Positions 39,629 to 49,063 of a stretch of 64,000 nt of DNA are shown piece by piece. The stretch is from an uncultured Actinomycetota bacterium (GTDB lineage: Bacteria > Actinomycetota > UBA4738 > HRBIN12). Made by a program: the position numbers and the translations under genes. The notes beneath the pieces are model-generated. The model did not search any database. It saw only the letters and a list, made by a program, of their open reading frames with translations, and was not told the origin of the DNA. The stretch is from assembly GCA_963762745.1 (NCBI GenBank), contig CAVXMB010000005.1:146536-210535 (forward strand), in the 5' to 3' direction. How positions within the stretch are numbered: the first letter of the stretch is position 1; each line of letters opens with the position of its first letter.

Positions 39629-40603
39629 CTAGCGGCCGTTCACCCAGGCGGGGAAGTTCCCGAACACCGTGGTTCGCTCGCTCACGTCGTCCTCTTCGCC
39701 GGTGCGCGGGTCGAGGATTACGATCGACCCTTCGCGATCGACCAGGAGGCCACCGGCCGACCAGTCCGGGAACTTGTCGAGCCGGACGAGGTCCGACGTC
39801 AAGTTCCGCGCATCGGACCCGTCCGGCCGCATCACCCAGACGTCCTCGTCGCTGAGGCGCTCGAGGTCGTGGGGAGGCGGTTCGAACGACGACGGTGTGC
39901 TCCGCGTGGACTCGAACGCGATCCACTCGCCGTCGGGCGACCAGGTCGGGTACCCGTCGTAGCTGTCCGGCGTGGTCGTGAGATTCGTCTCGTTGGGCCC
40001 GTCGGCGTCCATCACCCACACGTCGTAGTCGGGATCGCCGAACGGCGTCGAGCCGCCCATCGAGGACGCGAAGGCGATCAGGGAGCCATCGGGCGACCAG
40101 GCTGGATACTCGCCCCAGACGTCCGAGAGCTGCCGTGCGTTCGCGCCGTCGGCGTCCATCACGAAGAGCTGCGGCATGCCGTTCTCGTCGGAGGAGTACG
40201 CGATCTGCCGACCATCCGGGGACCAGACCGGTCCCCACTCGTTGGCATCCGGCGACCGGGTGAGGTTCCGGTAGCCCGTGCCGTCCGTGCGGATCACGGC
40301 GATGTCGTCGTTGACGTTCACACCGGCGCGCGAGTCCCGGAACACGAGGAGGCGTCCATGGCCATCGGGATCGAACTGCGGGCCGGGGAAGGAGGTCACC
40401 GTTCGGTCGTCGCCGCCCGGCAGCGAGAGGAGATGGATCTCGCCATCGTCGCCGCTGAACACGACCGTTCCGCGGCCCGGGGCGGCAGCGGGGAGTGCAT
40501 CCGACCGGGACGCGGCTGGGGAAGGGCCGGCCGCGTCCCCCTCGGACGTGCATGCGACGAGTGCGACCGAAACGAGGAACGCGGCAAGGGACATGCAGCC
40601 CAT
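39629..40603 (-). CDS. TolB-like (PD40 repeat) lipoprotein
   Basis: LVAC lipobox; repeated P.WSPDG..IAF / VMDADG motifs. Confidence 0.88.
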   Translation of the reverse strand: MGCMSLAAFLVSVALVACTSEGDAAGPSPAASRSDALPAAAPGRGTVVFSGDDGEIHLLSLPGGDDRTVTSFPGPQFDPDGHGRLLVFRDSRAGVNVNDDIAVIRTDGTGYRNLTRSPDANEWGPVWSPDGRQIAYSSDENGMPQLFVMDADGANARQLSDVWGEYPAWSPDGSLIAFASSMGGSTPFGDPDYDVWVMDADGPNETNLTTTPDSYDGYPTWSPDGEWIAFESTRSTPSSFEPPPHDLERLSDEDVWVMRPDGSDARNLTSDLVRLDKFPDWSAGGLLVDREGSIVILDPRTGEEDDVSERTTVFGNFPAWVNGR

Positions 40604-40704
40604 GTGCCCGAGTACACCTGCGAGGGGAGTGGCGTTCCCCGGTGACCGTGGGTTCGCGCGGCAGGACGACCGCCGAAGGGTCCTCGGGCACTATTGGCCC
40701 GGTG

Positions 40705-41574
40705 ATGACCTCGCGGGGGCACCGGACACCGACACTCTCGGAAAGCGAGACGGCCGCGCTCCGCAGGCTCGTCGAGCGGCCGCTGTTCGAGTTGATCCCG
40801 CTCCGGGATGCCTTGGAGCGGGCCGAGGCGCTGCCCGAAGGAGCCGCAACCACGGTCACGGCGTCGCCGAGCCACGGGATCGAGGCGACGATCGAGCTCT
40901 GCGAGGGATCGGTCGCACGTGGGCACGATGCGACGCCGCACCTCGCAGCCCACATGTTCCGGGATCGGGCACACCTGAAGGATGTGCTCGACCGATGCCG
41001 CCAGGTCGGGATGAGCAGCGCCTTCGTGATCGGTGGCGATGCCAAGGATCGGGGTGAGCTGCACGACGGGCTCGCGTTGCTCCGTGCGATGGAAGAGCTG
41101 GGGAACCCGTTCACGTCGATCGGGGTCGCGGGCTATCCGGAGGGACACCCGGCGATCCCGGAGACACAACTGATCCACGCGCTCCTCGCGAAGCAGGAGC
41201 ACGCCACGCACGTCACGACGCAGATGACGTTCGACGGCGATGCGATCTCATCGTGGATCGGCCGGATCAGGGATGCCGGCGTGACGCTGCCCGTGCACGT
41301 CGGCGTGCCGGGCGCGGTGAGGGTCCGGCGTCTGGTCCGGATCGCGGCACGGATCGGTGTCGGCGGTTCGCTTCGCTACCTCAGGAAGAACCGGCAACTG
41401 ATCCAGCTCCTCTTCCGCAGGACGTTCACGGCCGACCGGCTGCTCCGTTCGCTCGGGCCGACGCTCATCGCTCCGGAGGCGAACATCGCGAAGCTCCACC
41501 TGTTCACGTTCAACCAGGTCGAGGAGACCGTGGCCTGGCAACGGCGGATGCTGGAGGAGCTCAACGGCGCGTGA
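40705..41574 (+). CDS. metF: Methylenetetrahydrofolate reductase family protein
   Basis: FELIP, TVTASP, TPHLAA, IGGDA, VAGYPEGHP, TTQMTFD, HLFTFNQ. Confidence 0.8.
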   Translation: MTSRGHRTPTLSESETAALRRLVERPLFELIPLRDALERAEALPEGAATTVTASPSHGIEATIELCEGSVARGHDATPHLAAHMFRDRAHLKDVLDRCRQVGMSSAFVIGGDAKDRGELHDGLALLRAMEELGNPFTSIGVAGYPEGHPAIPETQLIHALLAKQEHATHVTTQMTFDGDAISSWIGRIRDAGVTLPVHVGVPGAVRVRRLVRIAARIGVGGSLRYLRKNRQLIQLLFRRTFTADRLLRSLGPTLIAPEANIAKLHLFTFNQVEETVAWQRRMLEELNGA

Positions 41575-42025
41575 CGGCGAGCAATTCTGTGACGTAGCCG
41601 GCGAACGACGGGCGGACGAAGACGCGCGTCGTTCGCTCGTCGCGCTGGTGCAGGATCACCTGCGCCCCGCCGAACAGGGTCTGGGCGCACATCCCCGGCA
41701 GCCAGCGGCTCGGATGGAGATCCAACCCGCAGGCCGAGGACAGCGCCTCGAGACCGTCGACCAGCTCGAAGACGATCCGGTTCGCGCCGACGTCGAGGAC
41801 CGAGCGATGGTGGCCGGCCAGCGCGGCCTCCAGCTCGCTGGCGATCGCGGTCGCGGCTCCCGATTCGGCGACGACTAGCGACTCGTCGGGGCCGAGCCAG
41901 AGGACGTCCCGACCGTTCCACGTCGTCGCGGTGTTCGGCTCGGGCGGTTCGAAGGGGAGGGCGGCCGCGTCCACCCGGACGTCGATCTGTGCGAGATCGA
42001 TCGTCGCGAGGGGCTCAGCCGTCAT
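41561..42025 (-). CDS. soxG: Sarcosine oxidase gamma subunit
   Basis: LWLGPDE, LDLHP, CAQT, VRPSFAGY. Confidence 0.88.
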   Translation of the reverse strand: MTAEPLATIDLAQIDVRVDAAALPFEPPEPNTATTWNGRDVLWLGPDESLVVAESGAATAIASELEAALAGHHRSVLDVGANRIVFELVDGLEALSSACGLDLHPSRWLPGMCAQTLFGGAQVILHQRDERTTRVFVRPSFAGYVTELLAVTRR

Positions 42026-44498
42026 GGCGCGCCCCCTCCGGGTCGTAGAAGACGGGCGAGACGATCTCCGCTCCGATCGTGCCGCCTGGCAGCGGCGCGT
42101 GGACCGTCTGCCCGATCCGGTCGCGTCCGCCCTCGACCATCGCGAGCGCGATCGGCCGATCGAGTGTCGAGCTCCGATACGACGACGTGACGTGACCGAT
42201 CATCGCCATCGGGATGCGACCGGTGTCCTCCTCGACGAGCTGCGCGCCTTCGGGGAGGAGATCGTCCGAGAGGAGCCCGACGAGCTGTTTGCGATCGAGC
42301 CGGGCCGTATCCGCCCGCCGAAGCGACCGGCGCCCGATGAAGTCCGAGTCGTCCTTCCGGACGATCCAGCCCATCCCGAGATCGTCGGGCGTCACCGTGC
42401 CGTCGGTGTCCTGCCCGACGATCACGAATCCCTTCTCGGCTCGGAGGACGTGCATCGCCTCGGTGCCATAGGGGGTCACGCCGAACGGCGCCCCCGCCGA
42501 CATGACCGTTTCCCACAGCTCGAGGCCGCGCCGGCCGTCGAGGAGGATCTCGTACGAGAGCTCACCGGTGAAGCTCACCCGAGCGACGCGCACCGGGATC
42601 CCCGCTACCTCGCCGTCGCGGAACGTCATGATCGGGAACGCCTCGCGTGAGAGATCGATGTCCGTGCCGAGTGCGGCCAGCACCTCGCGCGCCTTCGGTC
42701 CCGCGATCGCGACGTCGGACCACTGCTCGGTGACGCTCGTGCAATACACGCGGAGATCCGGCCACTCGGTCTGGAGCCATTCCTCGAAACGGTCGAGCAC
42801 CATCGCGGCGTTCCCGGTCGTCGTGGTCACCAGGAAGCGATCATCCGCCACGCGAATCGCGACGCCGTCGTCGGCCACCATGCCGTCGAGCCCGAGCATG
42901 AACCCGTAGCGGATCGAGCCGACGGCGAGCGTGCTCATCCGGTTCGTGTACATCCGGTCGAGGAATGCGGCCGCGTCGGGTCCGATCACCTCGATCTTCC
43001 CGAGGGTGGAGGCGTCGAGCACACCGACCGCGTTCCGTACCGCGCGGCATTCACGGGCGACCGCAGCCATCCATGTCCTTTCCGTCGCGCGGGAAGTACC
43101 GAGGTCGCTTCCACTGGCCCACGTCTTCGAAGACGGCGCCGTGCTCCTCGTGCCACGGGTGGATGCGCGTCCTCCGGATCGGATCGAGCAGGTCGCCACG
43201 ATCCGGTCCCGCGATCGTCAGGTATGGAACCGGCACGGCCGGTGGGCGAGCGCTGGTCGGCCCCTGCGCGTCCGGGCCGGCGCCGAGCAACTGGTTCACG
43301 ATCGCCGCTGTCAGCACGCCGCTCGTTCGTCCCTGATCGATCGCGGTGCCGATGTACGTCGCTCGCTTCACGTGCTCCACGGACGTGAGGCCGGCGTCCA
43401 GCACGGTCGCGACATCGGCCACCGTCTGGTCGCGCTGCAGGTCGACGAACGAGGTCGAGCGATGCGAATCGATGAACCACGCAGGCGACGTCGGGGTCAT
43501 TCCCTCGCCAGACGCTGCGCCGACGACCTCGAGCCACGGTGGCCCGTCGGTGGGGAGGAAGCAGGTGAGCATGTTGTCGAAGCGAACCGACCCGCCGATC
43601 GCTCGCCACAGCGACAGATTGGGATTCCATCCGCCCGAGACGAGCAGGGGTTCCCCCCTTCGAGCTCGAGGGCCCAGGTCCCGCGTAGATCGATGACCTC
43701 TGCGTCGACTCCAACGGCGTCGAGGACGCCCACCAGTTCATTCGATGCGAGTCGTTCGCGGTCAGGATCGTCACGTGGTTGCCGACGAGGACGCCGAACC
43801 ATTCCAGATATGCCCCGGCTGCGGAGGCGAGCATCACGCCGGGCCGGTCGTTGCCGGCGAACGCGATCGGTCGCTCGGTCGCGCCGGTCGCGAGGATCAC
43901 GCGACCCGCGCGGACGTGCCAGAGGCGTTCGAGCTCCGGCGTGCTTTCCAGCGCGACGACGTAGCCGTCGTCGTAGATGCCGAGGGCAGTCGTCCGCGGC
44001 AGGACGGTGACGCCGTCCGGAGGATCGTCGACGCGGTGGCGTTCGTCTACGAGGATCACGCGGTCGCCGCGGTTCGTCGCGGCGACCGCGGCCGCACGCC
44101 CGGATGGACCGCCTCCGACGACGAGCGTCTCGACGTGCCGATGCCGGTGCTCGCGGCGCCGCGACGGAACGCACCGCCGCGGTCAGGCGTCCCACGCCTG
44201 CCCGCGGCTCCGCCACGAGACCGTCCACCAGCTCGACCATCGTCGCGGCGACGATCGGGTCGAACCAGGGCTCGCTGATCTCGACGAACGCGTTCGGCTC
44301 CTCGGGCCCGGCGGTCATGATCCCGCGGGGTCTTCCGAGGATCGGGCTCCGGAACCCGCCCGTCACGCCGTTCGCCAGCAGCGCGCTCGCCAGCGTGTCG
44401 CCTTCGAATCCCTCGTACTCCGCGCCGTCGAACCGGAACGTGACCGGCTTCGACCGGTCGATCCAGGAGCCGCCCTCCGGAAGCCGTCGCGACGTCAC
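42015..44498 (-). CDS. soxA: Sarcosine oxidase alpha subunit, at least 4 frameshifts (near 44165, 43740, 43655, 43070)
   Basis: GFEGDTLASALLANG..RPRG..EEPNA; GGGPSG; ATGATERP..NDRPGVMLA; FVDLQRD..EHVKR.T..DQGRTS; DASTLGKI; SFTGELSYE; LRAEKG, in successive frames. Confidence 0.88.
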
Positions 44499-44767
44499 GC
44501 GGGCGGCTCCTCATCGATCCGGTACGTCGCGAGGAACCGATGCGTCGTCGTGTCGCGAACCGCGTTGAACCAGCGACGGCACCCGTGCACGTGGTACCAG
44601 CGCTCGCGGAACGGTCCACGTGGGTTGTCGCGCATGAACAGGAAGTCGGCCCACTCCTCGTCCGACAGGGCATCCGGATCGGCCGGATAAGCGACATGCG
44701 CCTGGCCGCCGTACTTGAACTCGATCTCGTCGCGCGGACCGCACCACGGGCAGTGGATCAGCAGCAT
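44495..44767 (-). CDS. soxD: Sarcosine oxidase delta subunit
   Basis: MLLIHCPWCGPRDEIEF, RDNPRG, WYHVHGCRRWF (Zn ligands). Confidence 0.93.
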   Translation of the reverse strand: MLLIHCPWCGPRDEIEFKYGGQAHVAYPADPDALSDEEWADFLFMRDNPRGPFRERWYHVHGCRRWFNAVRDTTTHRFLATYRIDEEPPA

Positions 44768-44770
44768 GTC

Positions 44771-45118
44771 CTACCCACCGTCCCCGTCGAACGCGGCCAC
44801 GACCCGCTTCGGCGCGGTGAGCCGCCACGCCTCGGTGACCAGCTCGCGCATCTCGTCCCGATCCACCGTCCGGAACCGGACGCCCACCCAGCCGCTCGGC
44901 CCGACGTACGGCGGGACGAAGAACGTCTCGGGATCCATCTGGACGAGGGCGCGCTGCTCGTCGTGCGTGCTCTTGACCCACGCCTCGCGTTCCTGGTCGG
45001 AGAACATCACGAAGATCTTCTTCCTCACCCGGAACGTGGGCTGTTCCCAGGTCTCCAGCTCGACCGCCTCGGGGAGCGCGAGCGCCATGCCCCGAACCGT
45101 GTCTTTCCGGACACCCAT
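44771..45118 (-). CDS. MmcQ/YjbR family protein
   Basis: LALPEA..WEQPTFRVRKKIF, PPYVGPSGWVGV, ELVTEAWRLTAPKR. Confidence 0.85.
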   Translation of the reverse strand: MGVRKDTVRGMALALPEAVELETWEQPTFRVRKKIFVMFSDQEREAWVKSTHDEQRALVQMDPETFFVPPYVGPSGWVGVRFRTVDRDEMRELVTEAWRLTAPKRVVAAFDGDGG

Positions 45119-45143
45119 CAGTGTTCTTCCATATCTGCGCGCA

Positions 45144-46346
45144 TCAATGCGCGACCGCCGCCGCGCCGTGCTCGTCGATCAGCGCGCCGGTCGTGAACCT
45201 GTCCAGCGAGAACGGGCGTACCAGAGCTGAGGGCTCACCCGTCGCGATCGTTTCCGCGTACGCCCACCCGGATCCGGGCGTGGCCTTGAAGCCTCCGGTG
45301 CCCCAGCCGCAGTTCAGGAACAACCCGTCGATCCCCGACAGCCCGACGATCGGCGACGCGTCCGGGCAGACGTCGACGATCCCGCCCCAGGTCCGAAGCA
45401 GCTTCGCGTGCGCGAAGATCGGGAACAGCTCGACCGCCGCCGCCAGCTGGTGTTCGATCACGTGGAACGAGCCCCGCTGCGCGTAGCCGTTGTACGAGTC
45501 GATCCCCGCCCCCATCACCAGTTCGCCCTTGTCGGCCTGTGACACGTATACGTGCACCTTGTTCGACATCACGACGCAGCCGAGGACGGGCTCGTACAGG
45601 GCGCTTACCAACGCCTGCAGGGGATGCGACTGCAGCGGCAGGCGGAGTCCGACCATCGAGGCGAGCACGCTGGTGTGACCCGCGGCGGCGAGGGCCACCT
45701 TCGCACCGCGGATGTCGCCGCGTGTCGTCGCGACACCTTCCACGCGACCGCCGGGCCCGCGGAGGAACCCGGTGACCTCGGCGTGCTCGACGATGTCGAC
45801 GCCGAGCTCGCTGGCTCGCGTCGCATAGGCCCACGCGACCCTGTCGTGTCGCGCGACGCCACCTCGACGCTGCAGCGTCGCCCCCAACACGGGGTAGCGG
45901 AGCGACGGTGAGACGTTCACCAGAGGACAGAACTCGGCGACCTCCTCGGGAGTCAGCCACTCCGCGTCCACGCCGTTCAGGCGGTTCGCGTGCACCCGCC
46001 GCATCGACGATCGAACCTCACCCAGGTCGTGCGCGAGGTTCAGGACCCCGCGCTGCGAGAACTCGACGTCGACGCCGAGCTCCTCCTCGAGCCCTTCCCA
46101 GAGCTTCAGCGAGTGCTCGTAGATCGCCGCGGACTCGTCCCAGAGGTAGTTCGAGCGGATGATCGTGGTGTTCCGGGCCATGTTGCCGCCCGCGAGCCAG
46201 CCCTTCTCGACCACACAGACGTCCGTGATGCCGTGGTGCGTGGCCAGGTAGTAGGCCGTCGCGAGACCGTGCCCGCCTCCTCCCACGATCACGACCTCGT
46301 AGGAGGGCTTCGGCTCGGCGGCTCGCCAGTAGCGCACGGCGCACAT
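45144..46346 (-). CDS. soxB: Sarcosine oxidase beta subunit (true start may be GTG at 46337)
   Basis: [62 protein letters not shown]. Confidence 0.95.
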   Translation of the reverse strand: MCAVRYWRAAEPKPSYEVVIVGGGGHGLATAYYLATHHGITDVCVVEKGWLAGGNMARNTTIIRSNYLWDESAAIYEHSLKLWEGLEEELGVDVEFSQRGVLNLAHDLGEVRSSMRRVHANRLNGVDAEWLTPEEVAEFCPLVNVSPSLRYPVLGATLQRRGGVARHDRVAWAYATRASELGVDIVEHAEVTGFLRGPGGRVEGVATTRGDIRGAKVALAAAGHTSVLASMVGLRLPLQSHPLQALVSALYEPVLGCVVMSNKVHVYVSQADKGELVMGAGIDSYNGYAQRGSFHVIEHQLAAAVELFPIFAHAKLLRTWGGIVDVCPDASPIVGLSGIDGLFLNCGWGTGGFKATPGSGWAYAETIATGEPSALVRPFSLDRFTTGALIDEHGAAAVAH

Positions 46347-46391
46347 CTTGCCGCAGCGGCGCGGGGGCCGTCCGCCGTATGCTCACCGGCC

Positions 46392-47582
46392 ATGACGCCG
46401 CCCGGCTGGTCGGAGGAGGACCGCGCGATCCAGGAGCGCGCCCGCCGATTCGTGGACGAGGACCTGATCCCCTGGGAGGTCCACGCCGAGGAGCACGAAG
46501 GCCGGATCCCCGACGACGATCGCAAGGGACACGTCACGAAGGCGAAGGAGCTCGGCCTGTTCGCGATGAACATGCCGAAGGAGCTGGGTGGCGGTGGGTT
46601 CACCACCTTCCAGCAGGTCCTGGTCTCCGAGCAGATCGGGCGCGTCACGAACGCCCTCGGCTGGTGCGTCCACACGCCGCCGGCGTGGGCTCCCTCGGTC
46701 TGCACGCCCGAGCAGATCGAGCGCTGGATCGTGCCCGCGGTGCGGGGCGAGCGCCACGAGTGCTACGCGATCACGGAGGAGGGCGCCGGCTCCGACGTCG
46801 ACGCGATCGAGTCGACCGCATCCCGTGACGGCGACGACTACGTCTTGAACGGCACGAAGATGCACGTGACCTCGTACAACACCGCGGACTGGATCTTCTT
46901 CCAGGCCAAGCTCGCGGGCGGCGAGCACGAGGGTGAGCACGCGCTCTTCTTCGTCGACAAGGACACATCCGGCGTTCGGCTCCTCCGCGAGCCGCGCTAC
47001 TCGCACACGTACCCCGACACCCACGCGATGGTCGCGTTCGAGGACGTGCGGGTGCCGAGCTCGCATCTGATCGGCGCCGAGGGGGACGGCATGTCGTTCA
47101 CCCACGAATGGTTCCGGTACGAGCGCCTGATGATCGCGGCTCGCTGCTGCGGCGCGATGGAACGGCTCGCAGACGAGGCCACGGCGTTCGCGAAGGAGCG
47201 CGTGCAGTTCGGGAAGCCGATCGTCGAGTTCCAGGCGATCGGTCACATGTTGGCGGATTCGCTCACCGACCTGTGGGCCTCACGGCTGATGACGTACGAG
47301 CTGGCGCGCGGGATCGATGCCGGGATCGACGTGAAGATCCAGCACGCGCGGTGCTCGATGGCCAAGCTCTTCGCCTCCGAGGCCGCCGGGCGCGTCGCCG
47401 ACCGGGCGGTGCAGATCTTCGGCGGCCGTGGCTACATGCGCGAGAACGTCGCCGAGCGTTTCTACCGGGAGCTCCGCGTCGATCGGATCTGGGAGGGGAC
47501 CTCCGAGATCCAACGGAACATCGTGGCGGACCAGTTGGCGAAGCGTGGCGTCGAAGGGCTCATCGGAGAGGAGAGACCATGA
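46392..47582 (+). CDS. Acyl-CoA dehydrogenase family protein
   Basis: AITEEGAGSD, LNGTK, RVQFGKPI..FQ, AVQIFGGRGY, RIWEGTSEIQR. Confidence 0.92.
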   Translation: MTPPGWSEEDRAIQERARRFVDEDLIPWEVHAEEHEGRIPDDDRKGHVTKAKELGLFAMNMPKELGGGGFTTFQQVLVSEQIGRVTNALGWCVHTPPAWAPSVCTPEQIERWIVPAVRGERHECYAITEEGAGSDVDAIESTASRDGDDYVLNGTKMHVTSYNTADWIFFQAKLAGGEHEGEHALFFVDKDTSGVRLLREPRYSHTYPDTHAMVAFEDVRVPSSHLIGAEGDGMSFTHEWFRYERLMIAARCCGAMERLADEATAFAKERVQFGKPIVEFQAIGHMLADSLTDLWASRLMTYELARGIDAGIDVKIQHARCSMAKLFASEAAGRVADRAVQIFGGRGYMRENVAERFYRELRVDRIWEGTSEIQRNIVADQLAKRGVEGLIGEERP

Positions 47583-47974
47583 CGGATGCGATCGAGGAGG
47601 TTGGTGCCGCGGTCGAGCGACTGATGGAGGCGTTCTCCACCGGCGACGAGGACGGGTACTTCGCCTGCTTCCATCCCGACGCCACGTTCTTCTTCCACGG
47701 CCAGGACGTCATCGGCTCCCGCGAGGACTATCGCACCGCGGTTCGCTCCTGGAAGGCCGAACACGGGTTCCGGGTGCTGTCCGCGGGATCCCGTGACGCC
47801 GAGATCAGCGCGTATGGCGACGTCGCGATCCTCACCCACCGGGTCACGACGGTGCAGATGTGGGACGGGGAAGAGTCGACGCTGCACGAGCGCGAGTCGA
47901 TCGTCTTCCAGCGGCAGGACGATGGCGCATGGCTCGGGATCCACGAGCACCTGTCGGCCGACGGACCGTTCTAG
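47579..47974 (+). CDS. NTF2-like/SnoaL-like (DUF4440-type) protein
   Basis: ATGA coupling to the ACAD; YFACFHPDATF, GDVAI, RESIVF..W..IHEHLS. Confidence 0.82.
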   Translation: MTDAIEEVGAAVERLMEAFSTGDEDGYFACFHPDATFFFHGQDVIGSREDYRTAVRSWKAEHGFRVLSAGSRDAEISAYGDVAILTHRVTTVQMWDGEESTLHERESIVFQRQDDGAWLGIHEHLSADGPF

Positions 47975-48063
47975 GTCCGCCCCGCTTAGCGGTCCGGCGC
48001 AACTCGACGGCGCCTCGAGCGGGCGCTAGCATCCGCCTTCGGTCATCGAGGGAGGGACGCGAG

Positions 48064-49062
48064 ATCTCGAACGGCGAGCCCACGGTCCAGCCCGTGAGCG
48101 GGACGGTCGTTCCCCGGTATGCGGGACCGTCGACCTTCGTTCGCTTGCCGGAGTTGCGCGACATCGACCGGTGCGACGTCGCCATCCTCGGGATCCCGTT
48201 CGACTCCGGCGTGAGCTTCCGGCCGGGTGCGCGGTTCGGCCCGCAGGCGATCCGTCAGGCCTCGCGGATGCTCCGACCGCAGTTCCATCCGATCCACGAG
48301 ATGGAGCCCTTCGCGTTGCTGCAGGGCGCGGATGCGGGTGATGTCGCCTGCAACCCCTTCGACATCATGGAGTCGATCGGCCAGATCGAACGAGGCGCGG
48401 ACGAGGTGTTGGAACGGGCCGGTTCGATCGTGAGCATCGGCGGCGACCACACCGTCGTCCTGCCGCTGCTCCGATCGATGCACCGGAAGCACGGTCAGGT
48501 GGCGCTGGTGCACTTCGACGCCCACCTCGACACCTGGGACACCTACTTCGGCGCTCCCTACACGCACGGAACGCTCCTTCGCCGCGCGTCCGAGGAAGGC
48601 CTGTTCCGAGACGACGCCTCGATGCACGTCGGGATCCGCGGCCCCCTCTACAGCGCACAGGACATGATCGACGACGCCGGTTTCGGGTTCCGCACGATCC
48701 GGACGGAGGACGTCCATCGCGAGGGTGTCGAAGGCGTCGTCCAGCGGATCCGGGAACGGGTGGGCGACCATCCCCTGTACGTCTCGATCGACATCGATTC
48801 CCTCGACCCGGCGCACGCGCCCGGGACCGGCACGCCGGAGGTCGGCGGCCTGACGTCGCGGGAGCTCCTGATGATCCTGCGAGGTCTGGCGGGACTCCGC
48901 CTGGTGTCGGCCGACGTCGTCGAGGTCTCCCCGCCCTACGACCATGCGGACCTCACGTCGCTTGCCGCGGCGACGGTGGTCTACGAGCTGGTGTGCCTCC
49001 TGGCGGGTGGTCCGGCGGTTCGCAGCACCGCGGATCAGCGCACTCCTCCGGAGGAGGGCTGA
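48064..49062 (+). CDS. speB: Agmatinase-like ureohydrolase (start codon uncertain)
   Basis: RPGARFGP, GGDHT, HFDAHLD, HGT, SIDIDSLDPAHAPGTGTPE; exact substrate not determinable from sequence. Confidence 0.85.
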   Translation: MSNGEPTVQPVSGTVVPRYAGPSTFVRLPELRDIDRCDVAILGIPFDSGVSFRPGARFGPQAIRQASRMLRPQFHPIHEMEPFALLQGADAGDVACNPFDIMESIGQIERGADEVLERAGSIVSIGGDHTVVLPLLRSMHRKHGQVALVHFDAHLDTWDTYFGAPYTHGTLLRRASEEGLFRDDASMHVGIRGPLYSAQDMIDDAGFGFRTIRTEDVHREGVEGVVQRIRERVGDHPLYVSIDIDSLDPAHAPGTGTPEVGGLTSRELLMILRGLAGLRLVSADVVEVSPPYDHADLTSLAAATVVYELVCLLAGGPAVRSTADQRTPPEEG

Positions 49063-49063
49063 G

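Larger units (their letters stand above)
37953..39633. other. Low-GC islet, probably horizontally acquired
   Basis: Visible drop in GC (31/60 at 38281-38340 versus ~69% in the flanks); atypical codon usage. Confidence 0.7.

Noticed and set aside
40604-40704. SAM, SAH, THF or ZTP riboswitch upstream of metF
   Set aside because: No recognisable consensus; a CACTAT box 7 nt before GTG 40702 suggests a leaderless transcript.
23241-47582. Complete DMSP demethylation pathway (DmdA + ACAD + crotonase)
   Set aside because: The genes are unlinked, no CoA ligase is in the window, and I see no DmdC- or DmdD-specific features.
47975-48063. Guanidine riboswitch upstream of the ureohydrolase
   Set aside because: No paired ACGR-loop hairpins or ykkC / ykkC-III consensus, and the -10 box leaves only a ~30-nt leader.
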